A program made the position numbers and the translations under genes. Shown one piece after another: positions 1 to 10,174 of a stretch of DNA of 64,000 bases (positions within the stretch are counted from its first letter, which is position 1; each line of letters begins with the position of its first letter). The stretch spans positions 3,995,228 to 4,059,227 of the forward strand of contig NW_003526943.1 in assembly GCF_000181795.1 (NCBI RefSeq), read 5' to 3'. The notes beneath the pieces were generated by a model. The model was not told where the DNA came from. It made no database searches and saw nothing but the letters and a program-made list of their open reading frames with translations. Source of the DNA: Trichinella spiralis (taxonomy: Eukaryota).

Positions 1-2445
1 GTAAAGTATGTAAAAAATAAAATTAACTAACTTGGCCATGGTTGTAATTTTCATTCAACTTTGGTTGGGCAAACTTTCCAATTTCAGCAAGCCTAAAATT
101 CAATTTATCCACAGCACATTTTAAATTGAAATTTAAAAATTATTAAAAGTAAAAAGCTTGAATAACATGAATTTCATTTCGACATTTTAAATTATTTTGG
201 AATTCCATTACAATGAAAAATGCAGTTTATAAACAAAATTTGAATTTTGCAATGTGCATATGCATATTACTCGAGCTTAAGAAGCGCAGAAATAGTTTTT
301 TTTCCCAAAACAATATACAATATCTTTTGGATATTTTTCCAATTAAAAAATCGTTTTTATGTTAAATGTTATTTTTCAGAAATAAATTATGTCTACCCTG
401 TTAGCAACAGTTACGCCTTTGCTGTCGTTAAAGTCAAATGTGAGTGAAACATTTTTGCAAACTGAAAATGAGTATGTGACGTTCAAAACACAACCAGTCA
501 GAAGCATCGGCATACCTCATACAAGAACGAAACCCCACATTTGACTGACCATTACTTAAATGATTGGAGAATTTATTTAACAATAGTGATTTTAGGATAA
601 AACGATTTGCACAGCATTGCATATCTTTTATTCTATATTTCCAAAAGCTATTTCGCTCGCAATTTGTTCTTCATGAAGAATAATGATCATTGATTGTGTA
701 CTATAAAAATTTGATAATTAGGTATTGTTGCAAATTTACAGGTATTTGTAATGTAAATAAAACATTGCAAACTATTATAAAAGCAACTGCAATCAATTAA
801 GCAAAAAAACACCATTTTTTATTATAATTTGAGTAAAACTTCAAACATTCAATAACATATATTTTGTAAGTTTAACTAGTGCACAAGAAAACTTTACCTT
901 GACGCTTTGCTTTGATTGATTTTCGTTGGTCAGAAAGGTCATCCGCTCCAGTTTGTCATTTTGCCTTCTTCGGTGCTAGGGATACGTTTATAGCCCTGCT
1001 GTTTTGTTGGCTAGCGTTTGCTTGGGAAGCGCTGATTGTGATGATGACGTTTATGGGTGTATATTATGTTTTTTAATTTCATTTGTTCTGAAAGTGATGT
1101 AATATATGAATTTCTTTTTTCTGTAATTTTCAATTGGTAGTTTTCAGTTGACAAAAATTTATTTAGAGTTTATCAAATATTTATGTAACATTTTAAAAAA
1201 TAGATATGTTTGTCTATGTAATGTCATAAGATGTGGAATATGTTAATGGAAGTAGAACAGAAAATCTATGCATGAAAAATGTAGGCAGATGGATAATATA
1301 ATTACTATGAGAACAACAATAATTAACAAGAACAAGAAATAAATGAAAATGAAGCTAAAATGATTGTTATTTTTTACATAGCTCGACTGCTCCACGAGAT
1401 CTCTAACTTTAAGGTTAAAACTGTTTAGTACAAATATAACGAAACAAATACATATGCTAAACATTATCACTTTATCCCAGCTTATCAGAAGGTTCACTTT
1501 TCAAAAATAAAATTAAGTGGCGAATCAACATAACTTGCTTTGCCGAAGTAGAATAAAGTTTATGAAACACTTTTCTTCTTCCATGAAATTTTGAAAAAAA
1601 CTATATTTTACCAAGATATTTCAATGAAATCCAGATATCAACTGATTAGCAGTGTATGAGCGATGCTTACTTCAGATTGAAATAAATTATTGGATAATTC
1701 AGTAAAGTTTGACAAAATGATTTTGATGAAACATAATTGCGAAATATTCATGTTGTACAAAAGTTCGGCTTATTCACAGATCAAGATTAGCCATTGATGG
1801 AGAGTAATTTGCGATCAGTTATCTGTATTATATTTTTAGTTTATTCTTAACTCACATGTGATTACGTAATTGTGGAAAGCATCCATGTTAGTATATATTA
1901 GATACATCGTTTTATGTACTTTTCATTTCCGGTGGTATATTTATTTTATACTGCGACTATAAAAGACTGTCCAACCAAACGGCAGACTGATAAAATTAGA
2001 GCAGCAGCGACATCAACAGACCACCGCTCACTGCTATATTGATGTAATTGGAGCAGATGGCTTTTCCGGCCAATCAAAGTCTCACGTTCGCTCGTTAATC
2101 GCCAATTATAAAATAAAAATGAAATAAAAGTCAAACTGATGCATTATTATTGCTTTATTAAATCAACTTTAAGTTTAATATTTTTTTAGATATTTACTTT
2201 TATTTAAAAAATGATTATTTTTTGAAGTGACAGTTATTTTTTAATTTGTACCTGATTTTTTTATTGAAATCTGTAGAAATTGATTTCAAATTTTATATTT
2301 TGGCAGGAAATTAGAAAAGTTAGAAAATTGTTTACTTTTCATTATTCGAAAGATGCGGAACTTTCATAGTCATATAATTTTAGTTCACTTTAAAGCAAAA
2401 GTGGAAATTTTTAGTAAAATTCTTTTGACTGAAGAGTAAACTGTC

Positions 2446-5400
2446 ATGAAGAGCTGCCGTGATCGATCGCATGCATCAATGCCAGGTATGATATCATCTT
2501 TTCTCTTGCTTATGATTTTTAGTAATATTGTTAATATGATTATTCTTCATTTATGAGTGGCATTGAAAATTTATAGCATGGATAATTGAAGCGAGCATTT
2601 CAAAATAGTTTTATTATTTTTGAAATTGTGAAACGCTAATCTGTTAGAGTGCCTTCTTATAAGGAATGTGTAATATTCATCATTTTTTATTATTAAATAT
2701 TTTAGTTGTACGCTATCAGTTTTTTCACATTGTATCGTTTACGATAATGAATGAAAATGAAAGTTATTTTAGTTGTTACTGTTAGAATAGTAGACTTCAA
2801 CGATAAATGGGGCAGCAGTTTAATGAATCAATCAACACAAGCGTACGACAGTAGAACACAGCGTAGGAACGAGAGTAAACACACACAACACACAACACGC
2901 ACACAACTACTATATATAACTCATAGGTAGTACGGTATAATGATAATCAGGTATAAGAGGATGACGGTGTGATTTCCAACATCCCCACTTCACGCCGCCA
3001 TCCCAATTAATTTCAGACAAGTAGCCAGGCGGCTCGGTGTCAGGGCCTTTGTGAACATGTCAGCTGCATTATCTGCACTTGGTATCTGCCGCATTTCTAT
3101 TTCGCCTTCTTGTATCTTTTCTTTGACGAAATGGTACCTTATGTCGATGTGCCGTGTCCTTGCTGACGATGATTGACCGGTGCTGATGCTAACGGCTCCA
3201 CTGTTGTCGCATAGCAGTGTAGGCTTGCTGCTCTCCTTTTCCAACTCAGATTGCAGCGAGCGTAGCCAAGCGGTTTCTTTTGCAGCGTGGCTTAGGGCCA
3301 TATATTCAGCTTCTGTTGTTGATAACGCTACCGTGCGCTGTTTTTTTGATGTCCATGCTATCGCTGCACCAGAGTGGCACACAACGCATCCAGAAATGGA
3401 TCGACGATCATCTCTATCATTGCCCCAGTCGGAATCGGAATACACAGTGAACGCATTTTCAATCTGCCTGTAGACTAACTTCGCAGCTTTTGTGTACTTC
3501 AAGTATCGGAAGATGCGCTTAACGGCAGTCCAATGTGCCTTCCCAGGATTATCACAAAAACGACTGACAATCCCCACTGCGTGGCAAATGTCTGGTCGAC
3601 AACTTTGACTTAAATAAACCAGGCAGCCGACGGCTTCTCTGTACGGTACGGCGTGCATCTGCTTTATTTCTTCATCACTCCTCGGCATCATCGCTTTCGA
3701 TAAAACCTGGTTAGGGTCCAATGGTGTTTTCACCCCTTTGCAGTCGGACATTCTGAACCGGTGCAGCATTTCCTCAATGTACTGCTCCTGATCAATCGAC
3801 AGCGTGCCATTTTCAACATCTTGCACGATTCTGATTCCTAGACACCAATGGGCTTTGCCAAGATCTTTCATTTTGAAGCGCTCACACAACGCCATCTTCA
3901 ATTCATTTTTTGATGACTCGTTGTTTGAAAGAATGAGTAGATCGTCTACGTATACACCGACGGCGAGGAAGGTTTTATTTTTCCGAAGAAAATAGATGCA
4001 GGGCTCGTTCTTCAGCCTGTTGAGCCCGAAACTCCGAAGAGTCTCGTCCAACATTCCGTACCATGCACGACTCGCCTGTTTCAGGCCGTAGATAGATTTT
4101 CTTAAACGGCAGTATTTGTTGTTTTCGTCACCAACACCACTCGGCAGTTCCATATATATTTCTTCATTCAGGCTTGGATTCAGGAACGCGGTCACAACGT
4201 CCATTTGATCTACTTCTAAATTATACTTCGCTGCCAATGACAAAAGATACCGGAGCGAAGAATAACCCAATGTTGGAGCGAATGTGTCTTCAAAATCAAT
4301 TCCTTGCAATTGTGAATATCCTTTGGCCACAAGTCGCGCTTTTCGTTTTTCAATTGTCCCATCTTCTTTATACTTTGTCTTGAAGACCCATTTACTTTTA
4401 ATGGCCTTCTTGTGTGGAGGCAAAACGGCAGGTTCCCATGATTGATTTTCGCGGTGGGATGCCAATTCTTCATTGATGGCCTTGAGCCACTCTTTGGCAT
4501 CCGGACGATTCACTGCCTCTTCATAGCTGATGGGATCGCTATGCTCGCGCACTTGCGCCTGAAACAGAAGAAAATCTGAGTTGAATATGTTTCGATTAGG
4601 GAAACGGTTTCGCAGCGGTCTTCTAAGTTCTTCTGGCGACGTCTTCGTTGACGGCTGTGGATTTTGTCCAATGGACTTATCACTGTCGGTGTCTACTTTG
4701 AGTGGAGCAGTTGGATTTGGATCCATCTCAGTAGAACCACTATCTTGAGAAGTCCACACAATCACTGTTTCTTCGCCAACGTCTGGATTCATAAGGGAAT
4801 TCGTCGACCCTTCCTTTGACGCCTGGGTGCCAGGGAACTGTGATTCCAAGAATTTCACGTCTCTGGTGACATACATCTTCTTCGTTTTACGGTCCACAGT
4901 ACGATATCCTTTGCTGGTTTCGCAGTATCCAACGAAGATCCGTTCTTCGGATTTCGGATCCCACTTCTTTCGTTGTCCTGAGGGAACGTGCACCATTGCC
5001 AAACAGCCAAAGACTTTCAAGTGCGCCAAGTTTGGCTTACGTCCAGACCAAGCTTCTTCTGGAGTTACCTTTCGCAGAGCCTTTGTGGGGCATCTGTTTC
5101 GTAGGTAGTTGGCTGTGCCCACAGCCTCTGCCCACAAATCTGGACTCAAGTTGGCATCTATTAGCATCGTTCTGGCCTTTTCCACAAGCGTTCGGTTCAT
5201 CCTTTCTGCGACGCCATTTTGTTGGGGCGTTTCAGGAATCGTACGTTCGTGACGAATGCCTTTTCTCACCAGAAATTCCGCGAACATGTTGTTCACGTAT
5301 TCACGTCCATTATCGGTTCGCAGGCACTTCACTCTTTTTGAAGTTTGCCTTTCCACCATTGCGATGAAGTCTTTGAACTTCGGCAGGACTTCGTTCTTGT

Positions 5401-8400
5401 GCTTCAGAAAGTACACAAACGATTTCCGTGAGAAATCATCGATAAATGAAAGAAAGTATCGAGCACCACCAACTGACGCTACTTGCATGGGCCCACATAT
5501 GTCCGAGTGTACCAGTTCAAGAACTTCTTTTGATCTCTTAGTGGCCGATTTAGGGAAGGGCAAACGACACTGTTTTCCTTTCAAGCAAGTGACACAATCC
5601 GTTTTTGTGATTGCATCAGATGGAATGCCAGTTGCTTGCCCATCTTGCAAGAGCTTCATTGATCCACGACTTAAATGCCCTAGTCGACGGTGCCACAGAT
5701 CTGGGACATCATGCACTGTCATAGCCCACTGGTCACACCGATTTAGCCGATATAGTCCATTATACTGAGTTGCAGTACCGAGAATATGTTGTCTCGGAAC
5801 TTCAATAGCTAAGTCAACTATTCGGCAACCATTTTCGTCGAAGATTAACGTCTTCTTCTGTGCGGCTATTCGACTTACAGACAGGAGATTCAGTGCCAGT
5901 TCCGGAGCATGTCGAACGTCGTGGGCCACCATCGTCTTCTTAGTGGCGAGGGGAATTTTCACGACCCCGCATCCTTTAGTCGTTATATTTGTTCCATTGG
6001 CAATGGCCACTGTGTGTGTAGTGTGACCGTTGTACTCTTCCATCCAATCGTCGCGATGAGTCAAATGCGTAGTGGCGCCTGAATCTAGGAACCAATCCTT
6101 GTCGCCGTCAGTTGCCTTTTGAATCAGAAGACAGCTTGCAGCAAAATTTGTGCTTGCTGCTAAGTGTTTGTCTGATTTCTTCTGATTTTTCGAAGGCCGG
6201 CGATCATTTATTACAAATGGACATTTTGCAAGAATGTGTCCCGTTTGCTTGCATTTGAAACATCTTCGATTGCAACGTACCTTGACTTTCTCTTTAGCAC
6301 TCTGGCTCACAAAAGCACAGTTTTCATCCTTGGGCAATGGCGAAGCAAGTTGTTGAACATTATTTTGCAATAACAAGCCCTTGACAAATTCAACCGTGAT
6401 CTTCTGATTCGATCCTTGGATGCCAAGGATCAGGGGTTGGAATTCGATCGGCAATCCACCGAGAATTATGCCACCAACCGTTTCATTGTCTAGAGGTTTT
6501 CCAATCGACTCTAGTTGATCCGCGATACTAGTAATACGGTCAATATAAGCTGTCATTGATCCGCATTCTTCGAATCGGGTCTTGAACAGAGAGGAGTAGA
6601 GGCCAATGCGACGTACCAAACCAACGTCTTCATAGGCGCAACGTAGTTTTTCCCACGCTTGCTTGGCTGTCATAGCTTTGCGGACATCGCCACTGGCACA
6701 AGGCTTGATTGACAAGTTTATCTTTGCCAATGCACGCTGGTCTAGCTCATGGTCGACATTTTCATTTTCTACACAGTGCCATAAGCCAGCATCCACCAAG
6801 TAATTCTTCATGGCGAACTTCCACTCAGAATAATTTGTGCCATCTAAGTGTTTCGACTCGGGCAGGCCACCAACTGCAGAAGCTAGAACCGTAGGCTTCT
6901 TCAAAGCAAGCTGTGCTTGCAGGGCCTGTACTTGTTCGACCAACTGGTTAACAACTTGATCCATTCACGCGCAGAGGAAGCGTGCTGGGCCCATAACCTG
7001 TTAGAATAGTAGACTTCAACGATAAATGGGGCAGCAGTTTAATGAATCAATCAACACAAGCGTACGACAGTAGAACACAGCGTAGGAACGAGAGTAAACA
7101 CACACAACACACAACACGCACACAACTACTATATATTAACTCATAGGTAGTACGGTATAATGATAATCAGGTATAAGAGGATGACGGTGTGATTTCCAAC
7201 AGTTACTAATAGAGTACTAATAGAGGAAAAAAAATAGAGTACAACTGAACTTTATAAATTTCCATTGGGAATTTAGTCAGTTGTAATTGTAAATTAACTG
7301 AAATTGCTCGACAGATTTGACGCCTGCCAATTTGGACTGTGCGTCTAAATATGCTAGTTCCGTGGAATTGGCGCCCAGCATTCCCAGAGTTCCTCCGTAT
7401 GGTTTGCGTGAATTGCAGCAAAATTTTGAAAAAACCCGACGCGAAAATTTCAGCCTCAAAGTTGAAGTGTGCTTTTTGAAATCAAAATTACAAGAACTTG
7501 GTTATTTTTCTGAATTGCCCGAAAATCAACTGGTACATGAACTTGAGACTTTCAAGAAATTTTTGAGCGGTGAATTGAATGCAGAAAATAAAATCAGGTA
7601 ACTGATTTATTCTGTTTTTTTAAATTTATAAACTAAGCTGGCAGCATAACTCTTTTTTTCTAGTAATGAATCAGATATATGTCAAAAAGTCGAGCTTGTT
7701 GAAGTGTCGAAGTCGATTGCTGTGAAGGAGAAGGTAAAATCAGCCGATACAGTACGAATCCAATGTGATTATTTATTTAGTTTTTTTAAATTTTCTTGAA
7801 TATTTCGCATTAGGAATTGGAAAACGTGAAAGATGAGAATGCTCATTTGAAATCTGTGATTGTCAGTTTACGAAAGGAGAATGAACTGTTGCTTGAATCC
7901 CTTCAAAATGCTGGTGAATCTGTATACGAAAGTGACCACAGCGGTAGAATATCATTGATGACTCGAAAGGATGCGTAAGAAATTTATAATTACAGTTCAA
8001 AATAGACTTATAAATTTTGTTCAACCTTAAGACTCATCTTCAAGCTTAAAAATAGAATCGTTGAATTAGAAATGGATCTGATGAAACAAACTTCAATGTC
8101 TTTAAGATTGGAAGAAAAGGAGGTTGGTCCTTTTTTTCGAAGTATGCAGATGCTGGGTTCATTTATTTGATGTAGTTTCAGGATGTAGAATCGGATTCAA
8201 ATTTAAAAATTCCTGAAACTTTGCACGTAGCAACGCAGACCTCTTTTATCCAAGTAAGAAATGATCGAAATTTGCAACAATTTATTGTTTGCTTTTAAGC
8301 TTTTGTATTTTAATAAATGAAATTCTATTTCTACTATCATTCTATTTTATTAATATTTTACATTTTCAATAAATGATGAAATGAAACTTCTACTTTTTAT

Positions 8401-10003
8401 ATTCATTTCAGGAATCTCCTCCAGCTTGTTCATCTGTTTCGACAGTCGATCATACATCCAGGGAAGAGGCACAACTATCATCTGAAATGCGTTTGATTTG
8501 CAATTATTTGGATGAAGTTTCCGCAAAAGCGGAATATATATTTTTTGTTTTAAAAAAAATTGTTGGTAGCTCAAAAGTGAGTATTCGGTATTGCTTTGTT
8601 TTTTTACTTTCTATTCATTCAGTGTTGCTTTCAGAATGTTGATCTATTATCCGAGTCGGATAGAAATATAGAATTGAACGCTTTGAATTTTCCTGTATTA
8701 TTTGATAATTTGTGCACAATGCTTGATGGCAGTATACATATATTAAGTAATTGGGATGTTAAGTTTTTAATTTTTCTTAAAAAAGCATTCTTCACTTTTA
8801 GATTGTTCGAATAATAATAATAATAATAATAATAAGTATAATAACGGGAAACATTTGCATTATTATTTGAACAGTTTGGATGAAAAAAGTGATCGTCGTC
8901 TTTTTGAAGATGATATTCATCATTTGAAAGAACAAGTGAAACATTTGCAACGGTCGCTTTGCGAAAAGGAAAAGTATGCACTTTTTGATTTTAAATACAT
9001 TTTTAACAGATTATATTGTATATTAATAAATTTAATTTCAATGCATAATGTAAAGAATGATAATTTTAAGAAATAAGAGTAATTCTTTTTGTTAAATGCA
9101 TATTTAATTTAGTTAACTTACGTTCTAAGATAGTTCTGAGAAGATTTTCAGTTATGAAAATTTCTTTTGCATAATTTAAACTTTAAAACAACAATGCTTC
9201 TTTGTCATGAGCAATCTGTTATGGATATATGATAATGTTTCTTTTCTCAAAGATTTATCGCGAACATGATGAAAAAGAATTCAAGAAAAACCGCAGCGTT
9301 GTTTCATTCCAATCAAAGCAAAGTTAGTTTGGTTATATATATATATATATATTTGATTATTTAACCTTCAAAGCTTTCCAAAATGTTCCATATTTTAGCG
9401 GAAATACAGTCGGCCCTGAATATTCGCGGGATTCAGTCGCCGACTGTATTGAATACTTTATGCATGTACCAGTTTTGTCTTTTATTGTAAAATTTCAGCG
9501 TTTTATTGTTAAATATGCATCATTTTATGTGCTCATTCATATGCGATTATTTTATACTTTAAATTGTTTTCATCTTTTTAAAGATACATTATGAAGCTGA
9601 ACGATTTAACGAGGTACTGTTCGATTTGAACAAATCTTTGGCAAACATACGTAACAGTAATGCACTGATGGCATCTCGTTTGAAATTAACCGATGGTGCG
9701 ATTGCAGTTCTGATGGAAAATGTTGGTTCATATTTTAATTCATTAATAATAATAATAATAATAATAATAAGCATGTTGGCATTTTTTGTTAATTGATTGA
9801 AGTTTTTGCTTCATTTTCAAATTTAGAAATTATCCAAAATGCCTTCTCAGACGTTGAAGAAAACAACACTACAACGCAACGTTGACGCTTCAGACGAGAC
9901 TGATGTGATGAAAGATCTGAATGGTCATTTGAAGGTCCGAAGGGACAGTTGTTATGAAAGGAAAATTCACAACAAGTGTAAAAATTACATCATACGTGAA
10001 TAA
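2446..10003 (+). CDS. Centrosomin motif 1 (CM1/Cnn_1N) coiled-coil protein, CDK5RAP2/centrosomin/myomegalin-like, ~13 exons, roughly 450-500 aa
   Basis: Exon 1 (2446-2485, ATG...CCAG|GT, phase 1) joins in frame to exon 2 at 7315 (ACAG|AT TTG ACG). Exon 2 encodes LRELQQNFEKTRRENFSLKVEVCFLKSKL, which resembles CM1 (CDK5RAP2-type KENFNLKLRIYFLEER). Most downstream exons (7664, 7814, 8032, 8176, ... 9584, 9827) join in phase and encode coiled coils; the joins around 8.5-8.9 kb are uncertain. Stop TAA at 10001-10003. Confidence 0.75.
2780..2981 (-). repeat. 3' LTR of young copia (202 bp)
   Basis: Direct repeat of 6999-7201; reads TGTTGG...CTAACA on the minus strand, with TATATATA and ATTAAA motifs. 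Confidence 0.97.
2982..2990 (-). promoter_or_regulatory. Polypurine tract of young copia
   Basis: Minus strand reads TGAAGTGGGGA|TGTTGG; the PPT overlaps the pol stop codon and abuts the 3' LTR. Confidence 0.9.
2990..6964 (-). CDS. Copia gag-pol polyprotein (gag, Zn knuckle, protease, integrase, RT, RNase H), 1324 aa
   Basis: CFKCKQTGHILAKC knuckle; WFLDSGATTH protease; WHRRLGH..CVTC; integrase HSDICGP/TDNGREY/NGVAERMNRT; RT YVDDLL; RNase H YSDSDW/TEAEY/ADMFTK. The order IN-RT-RH is diagnostic of copia. Confidence 0.98.
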   Translation of the reverse strand: MDQVVNQLVEQVQALQAQLALKKPTVLASAVGGLPESKHLDGTNYSEWKFAMKNYLVDAGLWHCVENENVDHELDQRALAKINLSIKPCASGDVRKAMTAKQAWEKLRCAYEDVGLVRRIGLYSSLFKTRFEECGSMTAYIDRITSIADQLESIGKPLDNETVGGIILGGLPIEFQPLILGIQGSNQKITVEFVKGLLLQNNVQQLASPLPKDENCAFVSQSAKEKVKVRCNRRCFKCKQTGHILAKCPFVINDRRPSKNQKKSDKHLAASTNFAASCLLIQKATDGDKDWFLDSGATTHLTHRDDWMEEYNGHTTHTVAIANGTNITTKGCGVVKIPLATKKTMVAHDVRHAPELALNLLSVSRIAAQKKTLIFDENGCRIVDLAIEVPRQHILGTATQYNGLYRLNRCDQWAMTVHDVPDLWHRRLGHLSRGSMKLLQDGQATGIPSDAITKTDCVTCLKGKQCRLPFPKSATKRSKEVLELVHSDICGPMQVASVGGARYFLSFIDDFSRKSFVYFLKHKNEVLPKFKDFIAMVERQTSKRVKCLRTDNGREYVNNMFAEFLVRKGIRHERTIPETPQQNGVAERMNRTLVEKARTMLIDANLSPDLWAEAVGTANYLRNRCPTKALRKVTPEEAWSGRKPNLAHLKVFGCLAMVHVPSGQRKKWDPKSEERIFVGYCETSKGYRTVDRKTKKMYVTRDVKFLESQFPGTQASKEGSTNSLMNPDVGEETVIVWTSQDSGSTEMDPNPTAPLKVDTDSDKSIGQNPQPSTKTSPEELRRPLRNRFPNRNIFNSDFLLFQAQVREHSDPISYEEAVNRPDAKEWLKAINEELASHRENQSWEPAVLPPHKKAIKSKWVFKTKYKEDGTIEKRKARLVAKGYSQLQGIDFEDTFAPTLGYSSLRYLLSLAAKYNLEVDQMDVVTAFLNPSLNEEIYMELPSGVGDENNKYCRLRKSIYGLKQASRAWYGMLDETLRSFGLNRLKNEPCIYFLRKNKTFLAVGVYVDDLLILSNNESSKNELKMALCERFKMKDLGKAHWCLGIRIVQDVENGTLSIDQEQYIEEMLHRFRMSDCKGVKTPLDPNQVLSKAMMPRSDEEIKQMHAVPYREAVGCLVYLSQSCRPDICHAVGIVSRFCDNPGKAHWTAVKRIFRYLKYTKAAKLVYRQIENAFTVYSDSDWGNDRDDRRSISGCVVCHSGAAIAWTSKKQRTVALSTTEAEYMALSHAAKETAWLRSLQSELEKESSKPTLLCDNSGAVSISTGQSSSARTRHIDIRYHFVKEKIQEGEIEMRQIPSADNAADMFTKALTPSRLATCLKLIGMAA
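6969..6998 (-). promoter_or_regulatory. Extended primer-binding site complementary to tRNAiMet nt 10-39
   Basis: The plus strand reads GCGCAGAGGAAGCGTGCTGGGCCCATAACC, matching conserved animal initiator tRNA-Met GCGCAG(T/C)GGAAGCGTGCTGGGCCCATAACC at 29/30 positions. Confidence 0.92.
6999..7201 (-). repeat. 5' LTR of young copia (203 bp)
   Basis: Identical to the 3' LTR except for one extra base in the TATA-like tract (~7136). Confidence 0.97.
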
Positions 10004-10174
10004 ATCATTCTTTTTAATGATAACGTTTTACAGAAACTGTGCTTTACAGAATTAGTTCACAATTTCGTGTGAAATTCATTTTTTTTACATAAAGCTCAGA
10101 AATACCAATTTCATATCTACAAAAAAGTAGTGAAAAACAAAGCGAAATTTATATTTTTTGATTCTATTCAAACA

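Larger units (their letters stand above)
2780..7201 (-). mobile_element. Full-length Ty1/copia LTR retrotransposon, Hemivirus-like (half-tRNA primed)
   Basis: TG..CA LTRs at 2780-2981 and 6999-7201 differ by one indel. 5-bp TSD GTTAC at 2775-2779 and 7202-7206. PBS adjacent to the 5' LTR, PPT AAGTGGGGA adjacent to the 3' LTR, and a single uninterrupted gag-pol ORF. Confidence 0.98.

Noticed and set aside
1..1060. Minus-strand exon-like segments (33-94, ~397-462, ~519-700, ~898-1060) with good splice sites
   Set aside because: I could not build a stop-free, phase-consistent CDS or recognise a product. This may be the 5' UTR or 5' end of a gene beyond the window.
3180..6894. Plus-strand ORFs within the copia element
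   Set aside because: Antisense shadows of the gag-pol ORF with no recognisable motifs.
6969..6998. tRNA-Met gene
   Set aside because: Only nt 10-39 are present, with no acceptor stem or T arm; the position identifies it as a PBS.
8810..9770. (TAA)n and (TA)n tracts, also (CTG)n at ~28811
   Set aside because: Ordinary intronic microsatellites; no CRISPR-like or higher-order structure.
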